A stretch of DNA of 64,000 nt from Minisyncoccia bacterium (GTDB taxonomy: Bacteria > Patescibacteriota > Minisyncoccia > Phycocordibacterales > PALSA-1337). Location of the stretch: contig JBEKVT010000002.1 of the NCBI GenBank assembly GCA_049997795.1, forward strand, positions 1,664-65,663, read 5' to 3'. The notes beneath the pieces are model-generated. The model made no database searches. It saw nothing but the letters and a program-made list of their open reading frames with translations, and was not told the origin of the DNA. This document shows positions 1 through 8,766 of the stretch, piece after piece (the first letter of the stretch is position 1; every line of letters starts with the position of its first letter). The translations under genes were made by a program, and so were the position numbers.

Positions 1-1181
1 GAACGCCTGAGGAAGGCCGGCACGGCGCCCCAATCGTCATCATCGTCCGGCTTCGCCTCCTTCTTCGCCTCCGAACGTTCGGTTTTGTTTGTTCCGGCCT
101 CGCGCTTGCCGTCGCCGATGGCATTGTAGATCTTGCCTTTCTCGGCCGCGCCCCTCATCAACGAAGCGACGGACGGCTCGCTCCCCGAGGCCAGGGACCT
201 CGGCGGCTTGTCGGAGGCCGGATGGCCCTCCGGGAAGCCCGTGGCTATGACGGTGACCTTGACCTCGTTCTTCCGGAGCTTATCGTTCCTGACCGTGCCG
301 AAGATGATCTTGGCCTCCGGATCGATGGATTCGGTGATGACCTTGGCGGCGTCCTGGATCTCGAACATGGTCAGGTCCTCGCCGCCGGCTATCGAGAACA
401 AGACGCCCTTGGCGCCGGCGATGGAGACGTCGAGGAGAGGAGAATTGATGGCGGCCCTGGCGGCCTCGGTGGCGCGGTTCTCGCCGGTCGCCATGCCGAT
501 GCCCATCAGAGCCGAGCCGGCGTTCTCCATGACCGTCCTGATGTCGGCGAAGTCGATGTTGACGAGCCCCGGAGTGGTGATGAGGTCGGCGATGCCCTCG
601 ACGGCGTGCCGTAGGATGTCGTCGCACATGGCGAAGGCGTTCTTGACGGTGGTGGTCTTGTCGATATTCGAGAGCAGGCGGTCATTCGGGATGACGATGA
701 TGGCGTCCACTTCCTTGCGGAGCTCTTCAAGGCCGGCTTCGGCGATCCTCGAGCGTTGGCGGCCTTCGAAGAAGAACGGCTTGGTGACTACGGCTACCGT
801 AAGGCAGCCGAGCTCTTTGGCGATCCTCGCCACTATGGGGCTTGCCGAAGAGCCGGTGCCGCCGCCTTCGCCGCAGGTCAGGAAGACCATATCGGCGCCC
901 TTGACCGCCTCCTGGATCTCGTCGCGGGCTTCCTCGGCGGCCCGGCGGCCGAGGTCCGGATTCATGCCCGTGCCGAGGCCGCGAGTGATGTTTTTGCCCA
1001 TGTGGACGCACTTCTTGGTGAGAGAGCGGTGCAGGTCTTGGGAGTCCGTGTTGAGGGCGATGAAGTCCACGCCTCTCACCTTACAGTTGATCATGTGGTT
1101 CACGGCATTATTGCCGGAACCGCCTATGCCGAGGACTTTGATGCGGGCAAAAGCTTCGATGTCTGGCGAGATCTTTGGCAT
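1..1181 (-). CDS. ftsZ: Cell division GTPase FtsZ (C-terminal end runs off the window)
   Basis: Minus-strand translation reads MPKISPDIEAFARIKVLGIGGSGNNAVNHM...GEGGGTGSS...INSPLL...VPAFLRRS, with the tubulin signature and the C-terminal core peptide. Absent from the ORF track because it has no stop inside the window. Confidence 0.97.
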   Translation of the reverse strand, partial: MPKISPDIEAFARIKVLGIGGSGNNAVNHMINCKVRGVDFIALNTDSQDLHRSLTKKCVHMGKNITRGLGTGMNPDLGRRAAEEARDEIQEAVKGADMVFLTCGEGGGTGSSASPIVARIAKELGCLTVAVVTKPFFFEGRQRSRIAEAGLEELRKEVDAIIVIPNDRLLSNIDKTTTVKNAFAMCDDILRHAVEGIADLITTPGLVNIDFADIRTVMENAGSALMGIGMATGENRATEAARAAINSPLLDVSIAGAKGVLFSIAGGEDLTMFEIQDAAKVITESIDPEAKIIFGTVRNDKLRKNEVKVTVIATGFPEGHPASDKPPRSLASGSEPSVASLMRGAAEKGKIYNAIGDGKREAGTNKTERSEAKKEAKPDDDDDWGAVPAFLRR

Positions 1182-1249
1182 GGATGGGAGATTAGCTCTG
1201 GGTAGATTGTATGCGGTGTATCATAGCAAGTTATCGTCCCGGCGCAAGC

Positions 1250-1795
1250 CTAGTGGAGCGCTACCCAGACGGCGACGAGGATTATCGCTATCTCGAAGTA
1301 GAAAGTGATCTGTCCCGGATACGTCGTGGTGACGAGCGCCCAATAATATGACAAAGTGCCGCTCGGTTTATCGGTCACGAACTCAGGCACTTCCTTCAGG
1401 CAGAAGCGCTTGTTCGTGAACGGCCACAGCCAGCGGATGCCGTATTCCATGGAATCCAGGACGAAATGAGACCAGGAGCCGGCCAGGATAGTCCAGCCGA
1501 CGAGCGCTATAAAGGACGAGCCGGCGATATGGCCGCCAAGGACGATCGCAAGGCAGGCGAGGAGCCAGGCAAAAGGCGCGTGAGTCGGGTAAGAGCGATG
1601 GCTGTCCATCTTCTTCGAGGTCGCGGACCTCTGATTGAAATAGAAGAATATAAGGTCGATGTCCGGTGCTTCGCCGGCGAGCGTCCCTATGGCGAGAAGG
1701 CTAGCTGTTTGAACGGGCGAAAGGACCGCGTTGGCGAAAAACAGCACTGCCCGTGCCGCCAAATAACCTCCAGCCAGATGTCCGGGTAAGACCAT
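1250..1795 (-). CDS. Membrane-bound metal-dependent hydrolase (YdjM-like)
   Basis: Motifs GH..., APDID, HRSYPTH, SHFVLD and WLWPF, with hydrophobic segments. Confidence 0.8.
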   Translation of the reverse strand: MVLPGHLAGGYLAARAVLFFANAVLSPVQTASLLAIGTLAGEAPDIDLIFFYFNQRSATSKKMDSHRSYPTHAPFAWLLACLAIVLGGHIAGSSFIALVGWTILAGSWSHFVLDSMEYGIRWLWPFTNKRFCLKEVPEFVTDKPSGTLSYYWALVTTTYPGQITFYFEIAIILVAVWVALH

Positions 1796-1807
1796 ATCGG
1801 GATATAT

Positions 1808-2989
1808 CTAAGGCAGGAACTGCTTGAACCAGCGGCCGATGGCCCGCCACGACTTCCTCAGGAATTCGACCGACGTGTCGATCTCCGGCCCTTCTTCGGT
1901 ATGATGGCCCCAGATGCACAGGCCGTAGGCCACCGCCCAGGTGGCGTCTTTGAAGGACGATTTGCTGTCCAGGGCTCCGATCGAGCCGATCCTGGAAGGC
2001 AGCTTCAGAGCCGCCTTGGCCAGGGCATCTATCGAATTCAGGCTGGAGCCGCCGCCCGTTATGACGATGCCAGCCGGTAGGAGGCCATTGCGGCCGATCT
2101 TTCGGAGATGCGTCTCGATGAGCTCGAAGATGTCATACAGGCGCGCGGCCACTATCTCCTCCAGCTTCTTCCTCGGGAAGGATGCTCCGGTGATGGCGCC
2201 GATCTTTATCTGCTCGGCCTCTTCCAGGGGCACCTTGAGGCCCAGGGCGATGTCGTTCGTTATGTCGGTCGAGCCGATGGGGAAGACCTCTAGCGAGGTC
2301 GGGACGTTATTCTCGAAGACAGCGATGGAAACGGTCTCGGCGCCGACGTTGGCCAAGATGCAGCCGGCGACTTTCTGGGCCTTGGACAGGGTCACGAAGC
2401 CGGCGGCGATCGGCGCCACCATGACGTCCTCGACTTCGATGCCGGCCTCGTTCACGGCGGCGATCAAGTCCGCCACGTGGTGGTCTAGGCAGGTGATGAA
2501 GAGCGTCTTCTGTTCGATCTTATTGCCGCTCTGGCCCAGAGGATTCCCGAGAGACGGCTCGCCGTCTATCCTATATTCGAGGGGAATGTCGTATATGATC
2601 CGCCGGTTGGCTATGGCGCTACGGGGGATGTCCTTCTCGCACTGTTCCCGGAGCTTTTCCAGATCGAGCCTGGTGATCACGGCGTCGGCCCTGGAAGTCA
2701 TGACGGAGCTCACGACGGTCGTGCTGCCCAGACCGATGCCGCCGACGCCGACGAAGGCCTTCTTGACCTTGAGGCCCGATTTCTCCTCGGCGCCCCGGAC
2801 GGCCCGGCGGATGCTGTCGGCGACGTCGCGGACGTTGGTGACGTAGCCGTGGCGCACGCCGCGGGATTCGGCGATGCCGGCTCCCACGACCCTCGGTAGG
2901 CCCTTCTCGTTCCTTTCCCTGGCATCAGATGTGACGACCTTGACGAAGTCGGTGCCGACGTCGATGCCTGTGATGATGTTTCGGGCCAT
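1808..2989 (-). CDS. ftsA: Cell division protein FtsA
   Basis: Actin-like motifs GIDVGT, ITNDIA..L...AEQIK and GIVITGGGS; lies upstream of ftsZ. Confidence 0.95.
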   Translation of the reverse strand: MARNIITGIDVGTDFVKVVTSDARERNEKGLPRVVGAGIAESRGVRHGYVTNVRDVADSIRRAVRGAEEKSGLKVKKAFVGVGGIGLGSTTVVSSVMTSRADAVITRLDLEKLREQCEKDIPRSAIANRRIIYDIPLEYRIDGEPSLGNPLGQSGNKIEQKTLFITCLDHHVADLIAAVNEAGIEVEDVMVAPIAAGFVTLSKAQKVAGCILANVGAETVSIAVFENNVPTSLEVFPIGSTDITNDIALGLKVPLEEAEQIKIGAITGASFPRKKLEEIVAARLYDIFELIETHLRKIGRNGLLPAGIVITGGGSSLNSIDALAKAALKLPSRIGSIGALDSKSSFKDATWAVAYGLCIWGHHTEEGPEIDTSVEFLRKSWRAIGRWFKQFLP

Positions 2990-2995
2990 TTGGGC

Positions 2996-3379
2996 TTAGA
3001 CCTTGAATGCCCTGCGGATCCGGGCTTCCATGCGTTCCATTGTAGCGCCATGGGCGTATCCTTTCAAATGGACGCAGCCGTGGATAAAGAGGAGGGCGAC
3101 GAAATTCTCGTATGACCGCCCGAACCTCCTTGCTTCCTTCCGGGCCTCGGTCGGAGAGATGCATATCTCTCCTTCGGTCCTGGATATCGGGAAAGAGAGG
3201 ACGTCCGTCGCTTCGTCCTTGTTCCGGTATGTCAGGTTCAGCTTTCGGATGTCTCCAGAGCCGATGAAAGCGAGATCGAGCCTGTAATCGGAGCCGAGGA
3301 CGGAATCCTTGATGGCGCGAAAGCGCGCCCGAGGGATGCTCGCGCGCGTTCGATTGATGATGTCGAAATGAGCGGACAT
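2996..3379 (-). CDS. ybeY: rRNA maturation endoribonuclease YbeY
   Basis: LNLTYRNKDEATDVLSF and HGCVHLKGYAH metal-binding motif. Confidence 0.93.
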   Translation of the reverse strand: MSAHFDIINRTRASIPRARFRAIKDSVLGSDYRLDLAFIGSGDIRKLNLTYRNKDEATDVLSFPISRTEGEICISPTEARKEARRFGRSYENFVALLFIHGCVHLKGYAHGATMERMEARIRRAFKV

Positions 3380-3385
3380 CTCCGC

Positions 3386-3625
3386 TTACCTCCGCTCCGG
3401 TTTTGCCGGAGCCTTGCCCTGCTTGACCAATTCAGCCATGGCCTTGCGCCTCGAGATCTGCTTCAGAGCCTTCTGTTTGACCTTGTATGGAGACTGCTTG
3501 CGGCTCGAGAAGCGGATGCTCCTCATGCGCGGGATGACCCCGGCCGACTGGACCTTTCGGCTGAAGCGGCGGATGGTGCTGAGGGCGCTCTCGCCGGGAG
3601 CGCGAGTTATCTCCACGTTTATCAT
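3386..3625 (-). CDS. rpsU: 30S ribosomal protein S21 (divergent)
   Basis: Short basic protein MINVEITRAPGESALSTIRRFSRKVQSAGVI; start chosen at ATG 3625. Confidence 0.7.
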   Translation of the reverse strand: MINVEITRAPGESALSTIRRFSRKVQSAGVIPRMRSIRFSSRKQSPYKVKQKALKQISRRKAMAELVKQGKAPAKPERR

Positions 3626-3669
3626 GCGGGGAAGATTAACACATGCCGGCGGGACGCGCAACGGACGGC

Positions 3670-4923
3670 CTATTTCTTCCAGTAAGCCCTCTCCGCTCTT
3701 TTCATGTATGACGGCAGGTCTGAGAGAGGAACGATGTCTTGCGAATAGGTGTCGGTGCGCCGGACGATGGCCGTCTTGTCCATGGCCTCTTTTTTGCCCA
3801 TGACGATGACGTAAGGAGTGTGGTACTTCTCGACGGTCGAAACCTGGGCGCCGAGCCGGTCTTTGGAAAGCGACAGATAGAGCGGGATCTTGGCCTGGTG
3901 CAGGCTCTCCACCACCCGAAGGGAGATGAGCTTGGATTCCGTGCCGAGCTGGACGAACGAGGCGATCGGGCGCTTTATCTTCCTCATGTTGTCGCGCAAT
4001 CTCGCGGCCCGGCCCTTGATGAGTAGCGACAGGCCGATCCCCTGGATGTCTTTTTTCATCTCGAGCCGTTTGGCCAGGCCGTTGTAGCGCACGCCGACGC
4101 CGAGGATGTGCTGGCGATCCTTGGCCCGGCCCTTGTCGGCGTCTATCAGGGTGAAGATGGTCTCCGTGCAGTACGAACGGTTGCCTATGAGGCCGTTATT
4201 CAGGACGTAGGGCACCGCCAAGGCTTCCAGGTATTCTAGGACCTCTTCGAGATGCCGCCGGCTGCCTTCGGAGAGGAAATCTATAGAATGCGGGGCGCCG
4301 GCGTTCAGTTCCTTGCACGATCCGTCGTGCGACGATAAGAGCTCGAAGGGATCGCGCTTCAGGATCTGGCGGCACTCCGGCGTCATACCGTTTATATTCT
4401 TCCGGTAGTAGTCGACGAGTTCTCTCGTGAAGCGGGCCAGGGAATCGCGGTCGCCGATCGAGCTTATCTCGACGGCGATGTCTTTGTAACCTTCCTCGGC
4501 GAGCATGGCCCGTCCGGCTTGGATCAGGGTGGCCTCGGCGATCGGCCCGGAATTGCCGAGGATCTCCAAATCGGCGTAGCGGTGGCAGCCGCTCTTCTTC
4601 CCGGCCGCCGGGGCTCCGGCGGCGCGGCGGCAGCGGTCTTTCAGGTAGATCTGGACCGGCTGCGGCCGGTCGCTCCAACCGTCTTCAAGATACGTGCGGA
4701 TCAAGGCGATCTTCTCTTCGACCCGGAGCGGCAGCCTGGCGTGGCGCTCGGTCTCGTCGTCCACGAAATCCGCCCCGGTTATGCTGCGCGCGGCGTCCAA
4801 ATCGGCCTTGGTTATGGCCGGGCTCTTCACCGGGGTGAAGCCGTAATAGACGGCCGTTTCGCCTATCCTGTCGAGATGCTCGACCGGCATGAATTTCGTG
4901 ATCTTATTTGGCGCTTGTCTCAT
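3670..4923 (-). CDS. Histidyl-tRNA synthetase-like protein with degenerate catalytic motifs and a C-terminal anticodon-binding domain
   Basis: HisS-like layout (YGF..V.SP, LEILG, GVRYNGL, YVIVMGKKE), but motif 2, GLDYY and the motif 3 Arg are altered. Confidence 0.75.
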   Translation of the reverse strand: MRQAPNKITKFMPVEHLDRIGETAVYYGFTPVKSPAITKADLDAARSITGADFVDDETERHARLPLRVEEKIALIRTYLEDGWSDRPQPVQIYLKDRCRRAAGAPAAGKKSGCHRYADLEILGNSGPIAEATLIQAGRAMLAEEGYKDIAVEISSIGDRDSLARFTRELVDYYRKNINGMTPECRQILKRDPFELLSSHDGSCKELNAGAPHSIDFLSEGSRRHLEEVLEYLEALAVPYVLNNGLIGNRSYCTETIFTLIDADKGRAKDRQHILGVGVRYNGLAKRLEMKKDIQGIGLSLLIKGRAARLRDNMRKIKRPIASFVQLGTESKLISLRVVESLHQAKIPLYLSLSKDRLGAQVSTVEKYHTPYVIVMGKKEAMDKTAIVRRTDTYSQDIVPLSDLPSYMKRAERAYWKK

Positions 4924-5485
4924 CGATTTGTCCTGGCATGACGGCGATCTCCGTAAGCGGCATCAGGCGGATGACCGGCCGGCCGATGATGAGATCGGCG
5001 GGAAGCGGCCCCCAGACGCGGGAATCAGAACTCTGGGCGCGGTTGTCTCCCATGACGAAATATTGTGTCGAACCCAAGATGACGGCCGGAGCGGTGTCGT
5101 GCGAGGCGTGAGCGGCTTCGACGTACGGCTCGTCGAGAAAGACGGCCGTCGACGTCCCGGCCGGAGCGATGCCGACCCTGCCGTCCTTCAAGGACACTTT
5201 CTCGCCCGGCAGGCCGACGATGCGCTTGATATAGTAGACCGAGGGGTCGTCCGGATATTCGAAGACGATGACGTCGCCCCTTTTGGGCGGTTCGAAGCGG
5301 TAGGTCAGGCGGTCGACGAGCAGGAATTGGCCGGAAGAGAAGGTCGGATCCATCGAGGCGCCGTTCACCACGAACGGCTCGACGACGAAGAAACGGATGG
5401 GCAGAGCGATGACGAGGGCGATGACGATGATCCTAGCCCATTCACGGACCCCGTTCCAGAATCCGCTTCTTTTCTCGCCATCCAT
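4904..5485 (-). CDS. lepB: Signal peptidase I
   Basis: GASMDPT (catalytic Ser), YYIKRIVGLPG (catalytic Lys), GDNRAQSSDSR. Confidence 0.96.
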   Translation of the reverse strand: MDGEKRSGFWNGVREWARIIVIALVIALPIRFFVVEPFVVNGASMDPTFSSGQFLLVDRLTYRFEPPKRGDVIVFEYPDDPSVYYIKRIVGLPGEKVSLKDGRVGIAPAGTSTAVFLDEPYVEAAHASHDTAPAVILGSTQYFVMGDNRAQSSDSRVWGPLPADLIIGRPVIRLMPLTEIAVMPGQIDETSAK

Positions 5486-5551
5486 AGTGCGGCCATTCTA
5501 ATACGGCTGGCCGATTGACGCAAGTTTTTCACCCGTTTATAATCATGCGGC

Positions 5552-6145
5552 ATGATGTTCACGATCGCCGGCCTCGGCAATCCCGGAAAGGAATACGAAG
5601 GCACCCGCCACAACAGCGGGCGGATCATCCTCGACCACATCCGCAAAGAGTGGGACGGCGAGTTCGAACCAGATAAGAAGCTGAATGCGCTAGTCTCGGA
5701 AGTAAAGATCGGCAAGGAGAAAGCGACGCTCGTGGCCCCGGACACCTTCATGAACAATTCCGGCAAGGCCATCGGGAAGCTCATCAAGAATGAGAAGGCC
5801 GCCGAGAAGCTCGTCGTCATCTACGATGATTTCCAGTTGCCGCTAGGCCGCATGAAGATATCTTTCAATAAGAGCGCCGGCGGCCATCGCGGCCTCGATT
5901 CGGTCATCAAGGCCGTGAAGACCGAAGCCTTCACGCGCATCCGGATCGGCACGGCTCCCGCGAATTCGAAAGGCGAAGCCAAAGTGCCGCACGGCGACGA
6001 AAAGATCAATAAGTTCATACTGGGTAAGTTCAAGCCGGATGAATTAAAAACCATCAAGAAAGTCGCCAAGAGAGCCGCCGAAGCCGTCGAAATGATCGTC
6101 AAAGAGGGCAGGGAAAAGGCTATGAGCGTGTTCAATCAAGCGTAG
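5552..6145 (+). CDS. pth: Peptidyl-tRNA hydrolase
   Basis: GLGNPGKEYEGTRHN, FMNNSG and GGHRGLDS motifs. Confidence 0.96.
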   Translation: MMFTIAGLGNPGKEYEGTRHNSGRIILDHIRKEWDGEFEPDKKLNALVSEVKIGKEKATLVAPDTFMNNSGKAIGKLIKNEKAAEKLVVIYDDFQLPLGRMKISFNKSAGGHRGLDSVIKAVKTEAFTRIRIGTAPANSKGEAKVPHGDEKINKFILGKFKPDELKTIKKVAKRAAEAVEMIVKEGREKAMSVFNQA

Positions 6146-6155
6146 TCTGATAAGA

Positions 6156-6263
6156 AAACAAACACATACCTAAAAGAACATTCCCAGCGGGAGCCCACTG
6201 GGAATGTTTTTCTTCAGCTAGAACTCTCGCTTAAGTGGGGTTCTTTTAGGTATGTGTTTGTTT
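6156..6263 (+). repeat. Hairpin element family, copy E1
   Basis: Perfect 24-bp inverted repeats (6156-6179 / 6240-6263) around a 60-nt core ATTCCCAGCGGGA-N16-TTTCTTCAG-N14-TAAGTGGG. Lies between convergent pth and rpsA. Confidence 0.85.
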
Positions 6264-6264
6264 C

Positions 6265-7533
6265 CTAGCTCTTCTCCCCAGCGTACGCCAGGGCCATCTT
6301 CTGCTCTTTCGGGTCGAAAAGGGCGATCTTGAAGGGATAGGTCTTGCCGAGCTCCAGGACCTTTCGGAGCTTCTCTTCGGAGCCGAATTCGGAGACGTGC
6401 ACCAGGCCGGCCACGCCCTCCTCGATCGAGGCCAGGGCGCCGTGCTTGTTGAACTTGATGATCACGCCGGAGACAGGCATGTCCTTCTTGTACTTCTTGC
6501 CGGCCTCGATCCAGGGATTGGGCCGGAGCTGCTTGATGGAGAGGGACACCTTGCCGTCCTTGATCTCGATGATCTTGGCCTTGATCTTCTGACCGGTCTT
6601 GACGAAGTTGCGCGGATCGTCCACCAGACCCCAGTCGATCTCCGAGATGTGGACCAGGCCCTCGAGGCCCTCTTCCAGCTTGACGAAGACGCCGAAATCG
6701 ACCGCGCCCGTGACCACGCCCTCGACTTCGTCGCCGATCTCGTATTTGCTGACGATCTTCTCCTTCTCTTTGTGCTCCAGGCCCTTCTCGGAGAAGATGA
6801 GCTTGCCTTCCTTCGGGTCGGCGGTGATGATCGAGACCTGGAGGCGCTCCCCGACCAGTTTCCGGAGCTCTTCCAGGATTTTATCCTTGTCGCCGTCGGA
6901 GACCCGCGGATAATGGTCGGTCTTCAGCTGGGAAGCCGGCAGGAAGCCGACGATGCCCTGCCATTCCATGAGCAGGCCGCCCTTGTTCGCTTCTTTGACG
7001 AGGAGGTCGAGGACGCGCTTCTCCTTGATGGCCGCTTCGGCCTCGCTCCAGATCAGGGCTTGCCTGGCCTCTTTCAAGGACAGCTCGTAATAGCCGTCTT
7101 TGTGGGCGTCATCGACGATCTTGGCGGCCACGACGTCGCCGACATTCACCTTCTTGATGACGTCGCGGGCCACGATGTATTCGCGGCCGTATATGATGCC
7201 GGTGCCGAAAGGCGCGAGGTCCACGTAGACCGAGGCCTTGTCCACCGCGATGACCGGCCCCTCGACGAGGTCGCCCACTTGAGGCGGATTCTTCATGGCC
7301 GTGATGAAAGGCGCCATGGCGCTGGCTTTTTGGGCGTCGGAGAGCTCAAGCTCGCCGTTCTTCTTGCCGATCGTTCCGGCGGCCTTCCCGGCCTTCTTCT
7401 CGGCCTTTTTATTCGTTTGTTCTCCGGCTGTCTCTTCGGGATGCTTCCCGGTCTGTTTCTTCGGGACCAGGCCTTCCGTGTCGGGACCCGGGCTCTTGGT
7501 CCCGGTCAAAGTCTCTTTTAATCTTTTGAACAT
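6265..7533 (-). CDS. rpsA: Ribosomal protein S1 (tandem S1 domains)
   Basis: Repeated S1 motifs GFLPASQL, FGVFV...EGLVHISEI and GLVHVSEF. Confidence 0.88.
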   Translation of the reverse strand: MFKRLKETLTGTKSPGPDTEGLVPKKQTGKHPEETAGEQTNKKAEKKAGKAAGTIGKKNGELELSDAQKASAMAPFITAMKNPPQVGDLVEGPVIAVDKASVYVDLAPFGTGIIYGREYIVARDVIKKVNVGDVVAAKIVDDAHKDGYYELSLKEARQALIWSEAEAAIKEKRVLDLLVKEANKGGLLMEWQGIVGFLPASQLKTDHYPRVSDGDKDKILEELRKLVGERLQVSIITADPKEGKLIFSEKGLEHKEKEKIVSKYEIGDEVEGVVTGAVDFGVFVKLEEGLEGLVHISEIDWGLVDDPRNFVKTGQKIKAKIIEIKDGKVSLSIKQLRPNPWIEAGKKYKKDMPVSGVIIKFNKHGALASIEEGVAGLVHVSEFGSEEKLRKVLELGKTYPFKIALFDPKEQKMALAYAGEKS

Positions 7534-7682
7534 GACTGGCCTCCGCGCCCCGCTTTTTAGTCTGTTAATGCTCGGCCAAGGGACGGCCCCGGAGCCGGAA
7601 GATTGCGGGATGACGCGGACTTGTTAATCTCACGCTTGGAACTGACTAAAAACGGCCCATGCCGCAGGTTGGTAATATAGCA
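7534..7682 (-). promoter_or_regulatory. Structured 5' leader and extended -10 promoter of rpsA
   Basis: TGcTATATT at 7682-7674; complementary blocks 7554-7562/7644-7652 and 7542-7553/7605-7619. Confidence 0.45.
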
Positions 7683-7711
7683 CGCGGTGTGATAAATTAC
7701 CAGCCAAGAGC

Positions 7712-8344
7712 ATGATCATCACTTACCTCGGCGGCGAATTCATGAAGGTCCAATTCGGCGAGATCACGCTGGCCTTCAATCCGATCTCCAAAGACTCGAA
7801 GCTCCCGACGTCCAAGTTCGGCGCGGACATCGTCCTCTCGAGCTTGAATCACCCGGACATGAACGGCATCGACCAGGTCTCGTTCGGGGACAAGAAGGCC
7901 TTCGCCGTGACCGGTCCAGGCGAGTACGAGATAAGGGGAGTGTTCATCAAAGGCCTACCGTCCGAGTCAGGATATGACGGCGAGAAGCGCGTCAATACCG
8001 TCTACACGGTGGCGCTCGAAGGCATGAACATCTGCTATCTCGGCGCTGTCGATCAATCGGAGTTGCCGAAGGAGACCGACGAAGCCATCGACGAGGTGGA
8101 TATCCTATTCGTGCCGATCGGAGGCGGCGGCGTCTTGGACCCGGCCCGGGCTTACAAGCTGGCGGTCTCGATCGGGCCGAAGGTCATGATCCCCATGCAT
8201 TACGGGGATCTGGGTGGCAGGGATTCACTCAAGGCTTTCCTCAAGGAAGCCGGCGAGAGCCCCAAGCCCGAGACCAGGCTGACCCTCAAAAAGAAAGACC
8301 TGGAAGGGAAGGAGGCCGAGGTGGTCGTATTGCAGAAAGAATGA
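7712..8344 (+). CDS. MBL-fold metallo-hydrolase-like protein
   Basis: MIITYLG, GPGEYEI.GV.I.G, DILFVPIGG and IPMHY motifs. Confidence 0.85.
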   Translation: MIITYLGGEFMKVQFGEITLAFNPISKDSKLPTSKFGADIVLSSLNHPDMNGIDQVSFGDKKAFAVTGPGEYEIRGVFIKGLPSESGYDGEKRVNTVYTVALEGMNICYLGAVDQSELPKETDEAIDEVDILFVPIGGGGVLDPARAYKLAVSIGPKVMIPMHYGDLGGRDSLKAFLKEAGESPKPETRLTLKKKDLEGKEAEVVVLQKE

Positions 8345-8397
8345 GAGCTGGCCCTTGCATATATATCATTTGAGTGGTATGCTCCAGAATATCTACC

Positions 8398-8697
8398 ATG
8401 AATCTCCAAGCCTATCTGGAAGAGCTGCGCGCAAGGCCCGAGCATGAGCGCCGGAAGATCGCCCTTTGGTGGTCGGCCGGCCTGACGGCGGTCATATTCC
8501 TTTTCTGGATATCTTCGATGACCATAACCCAGATCTCGGCCAGACAGGCAGTCTCCGCCGCCATCCAAAAGACCAGTTCGCCGGCGCAGTCGCTGGTAGC
8601 CGGCGTCGGTGCCTTCACCGGCGACGTCTGGAACATGATCGTCGGACCGAAGAAGATAACCTATTCGACTGTCGAAGTCCTGCCGGGCAGCAGGTGA
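8398..8697 (+). CDS. Hypothetical small membrane protein
   Basis: One transmembrane segment; preceded by TTGCAT-N17-TATGCT. Confidence 0.65.
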   Translation: MNLQAYLEELRARPEHERRKIALWWSAGLTAVIFLFWISSMTITQISARQAVSAAIQKTSSPAQSLVAGVGAFTGDVWNMIVGPKKITYSTVEVLPGSR

Positions 8698-8766
8698 TTT
8701 TTCCCTCAAATTCGGCCTCAGAAACGGTTGCGGAAAAGGCCGATTTTTGCTATACTATAAGGACGA

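Noticed and set aside
133-1308. 391-aa plus-strand ORF, and many similar long antisense ORFs (e.g. 1941-2846, 6397-7521, 26863-27966, 38944-39996, 61309-63642)
   Set aside because: Shadow frames opposite well-supported genes (ftsZ, ftsA, rpsA, clpB, topA, uvrA), as expected in high-GC DNA; none has recognisable motifs.
6156-6263. Hairpin elements read as known ribozymes (twister, hammerhead, HDV), TIGR units or LexA boxes
   Set aside because: Only fragments resemble them (AAUAAGUGGAG, CUGAAGA, GAAC...GTTC); the required cores and spacings are not present in all four copies. Kept as an unassigned family.
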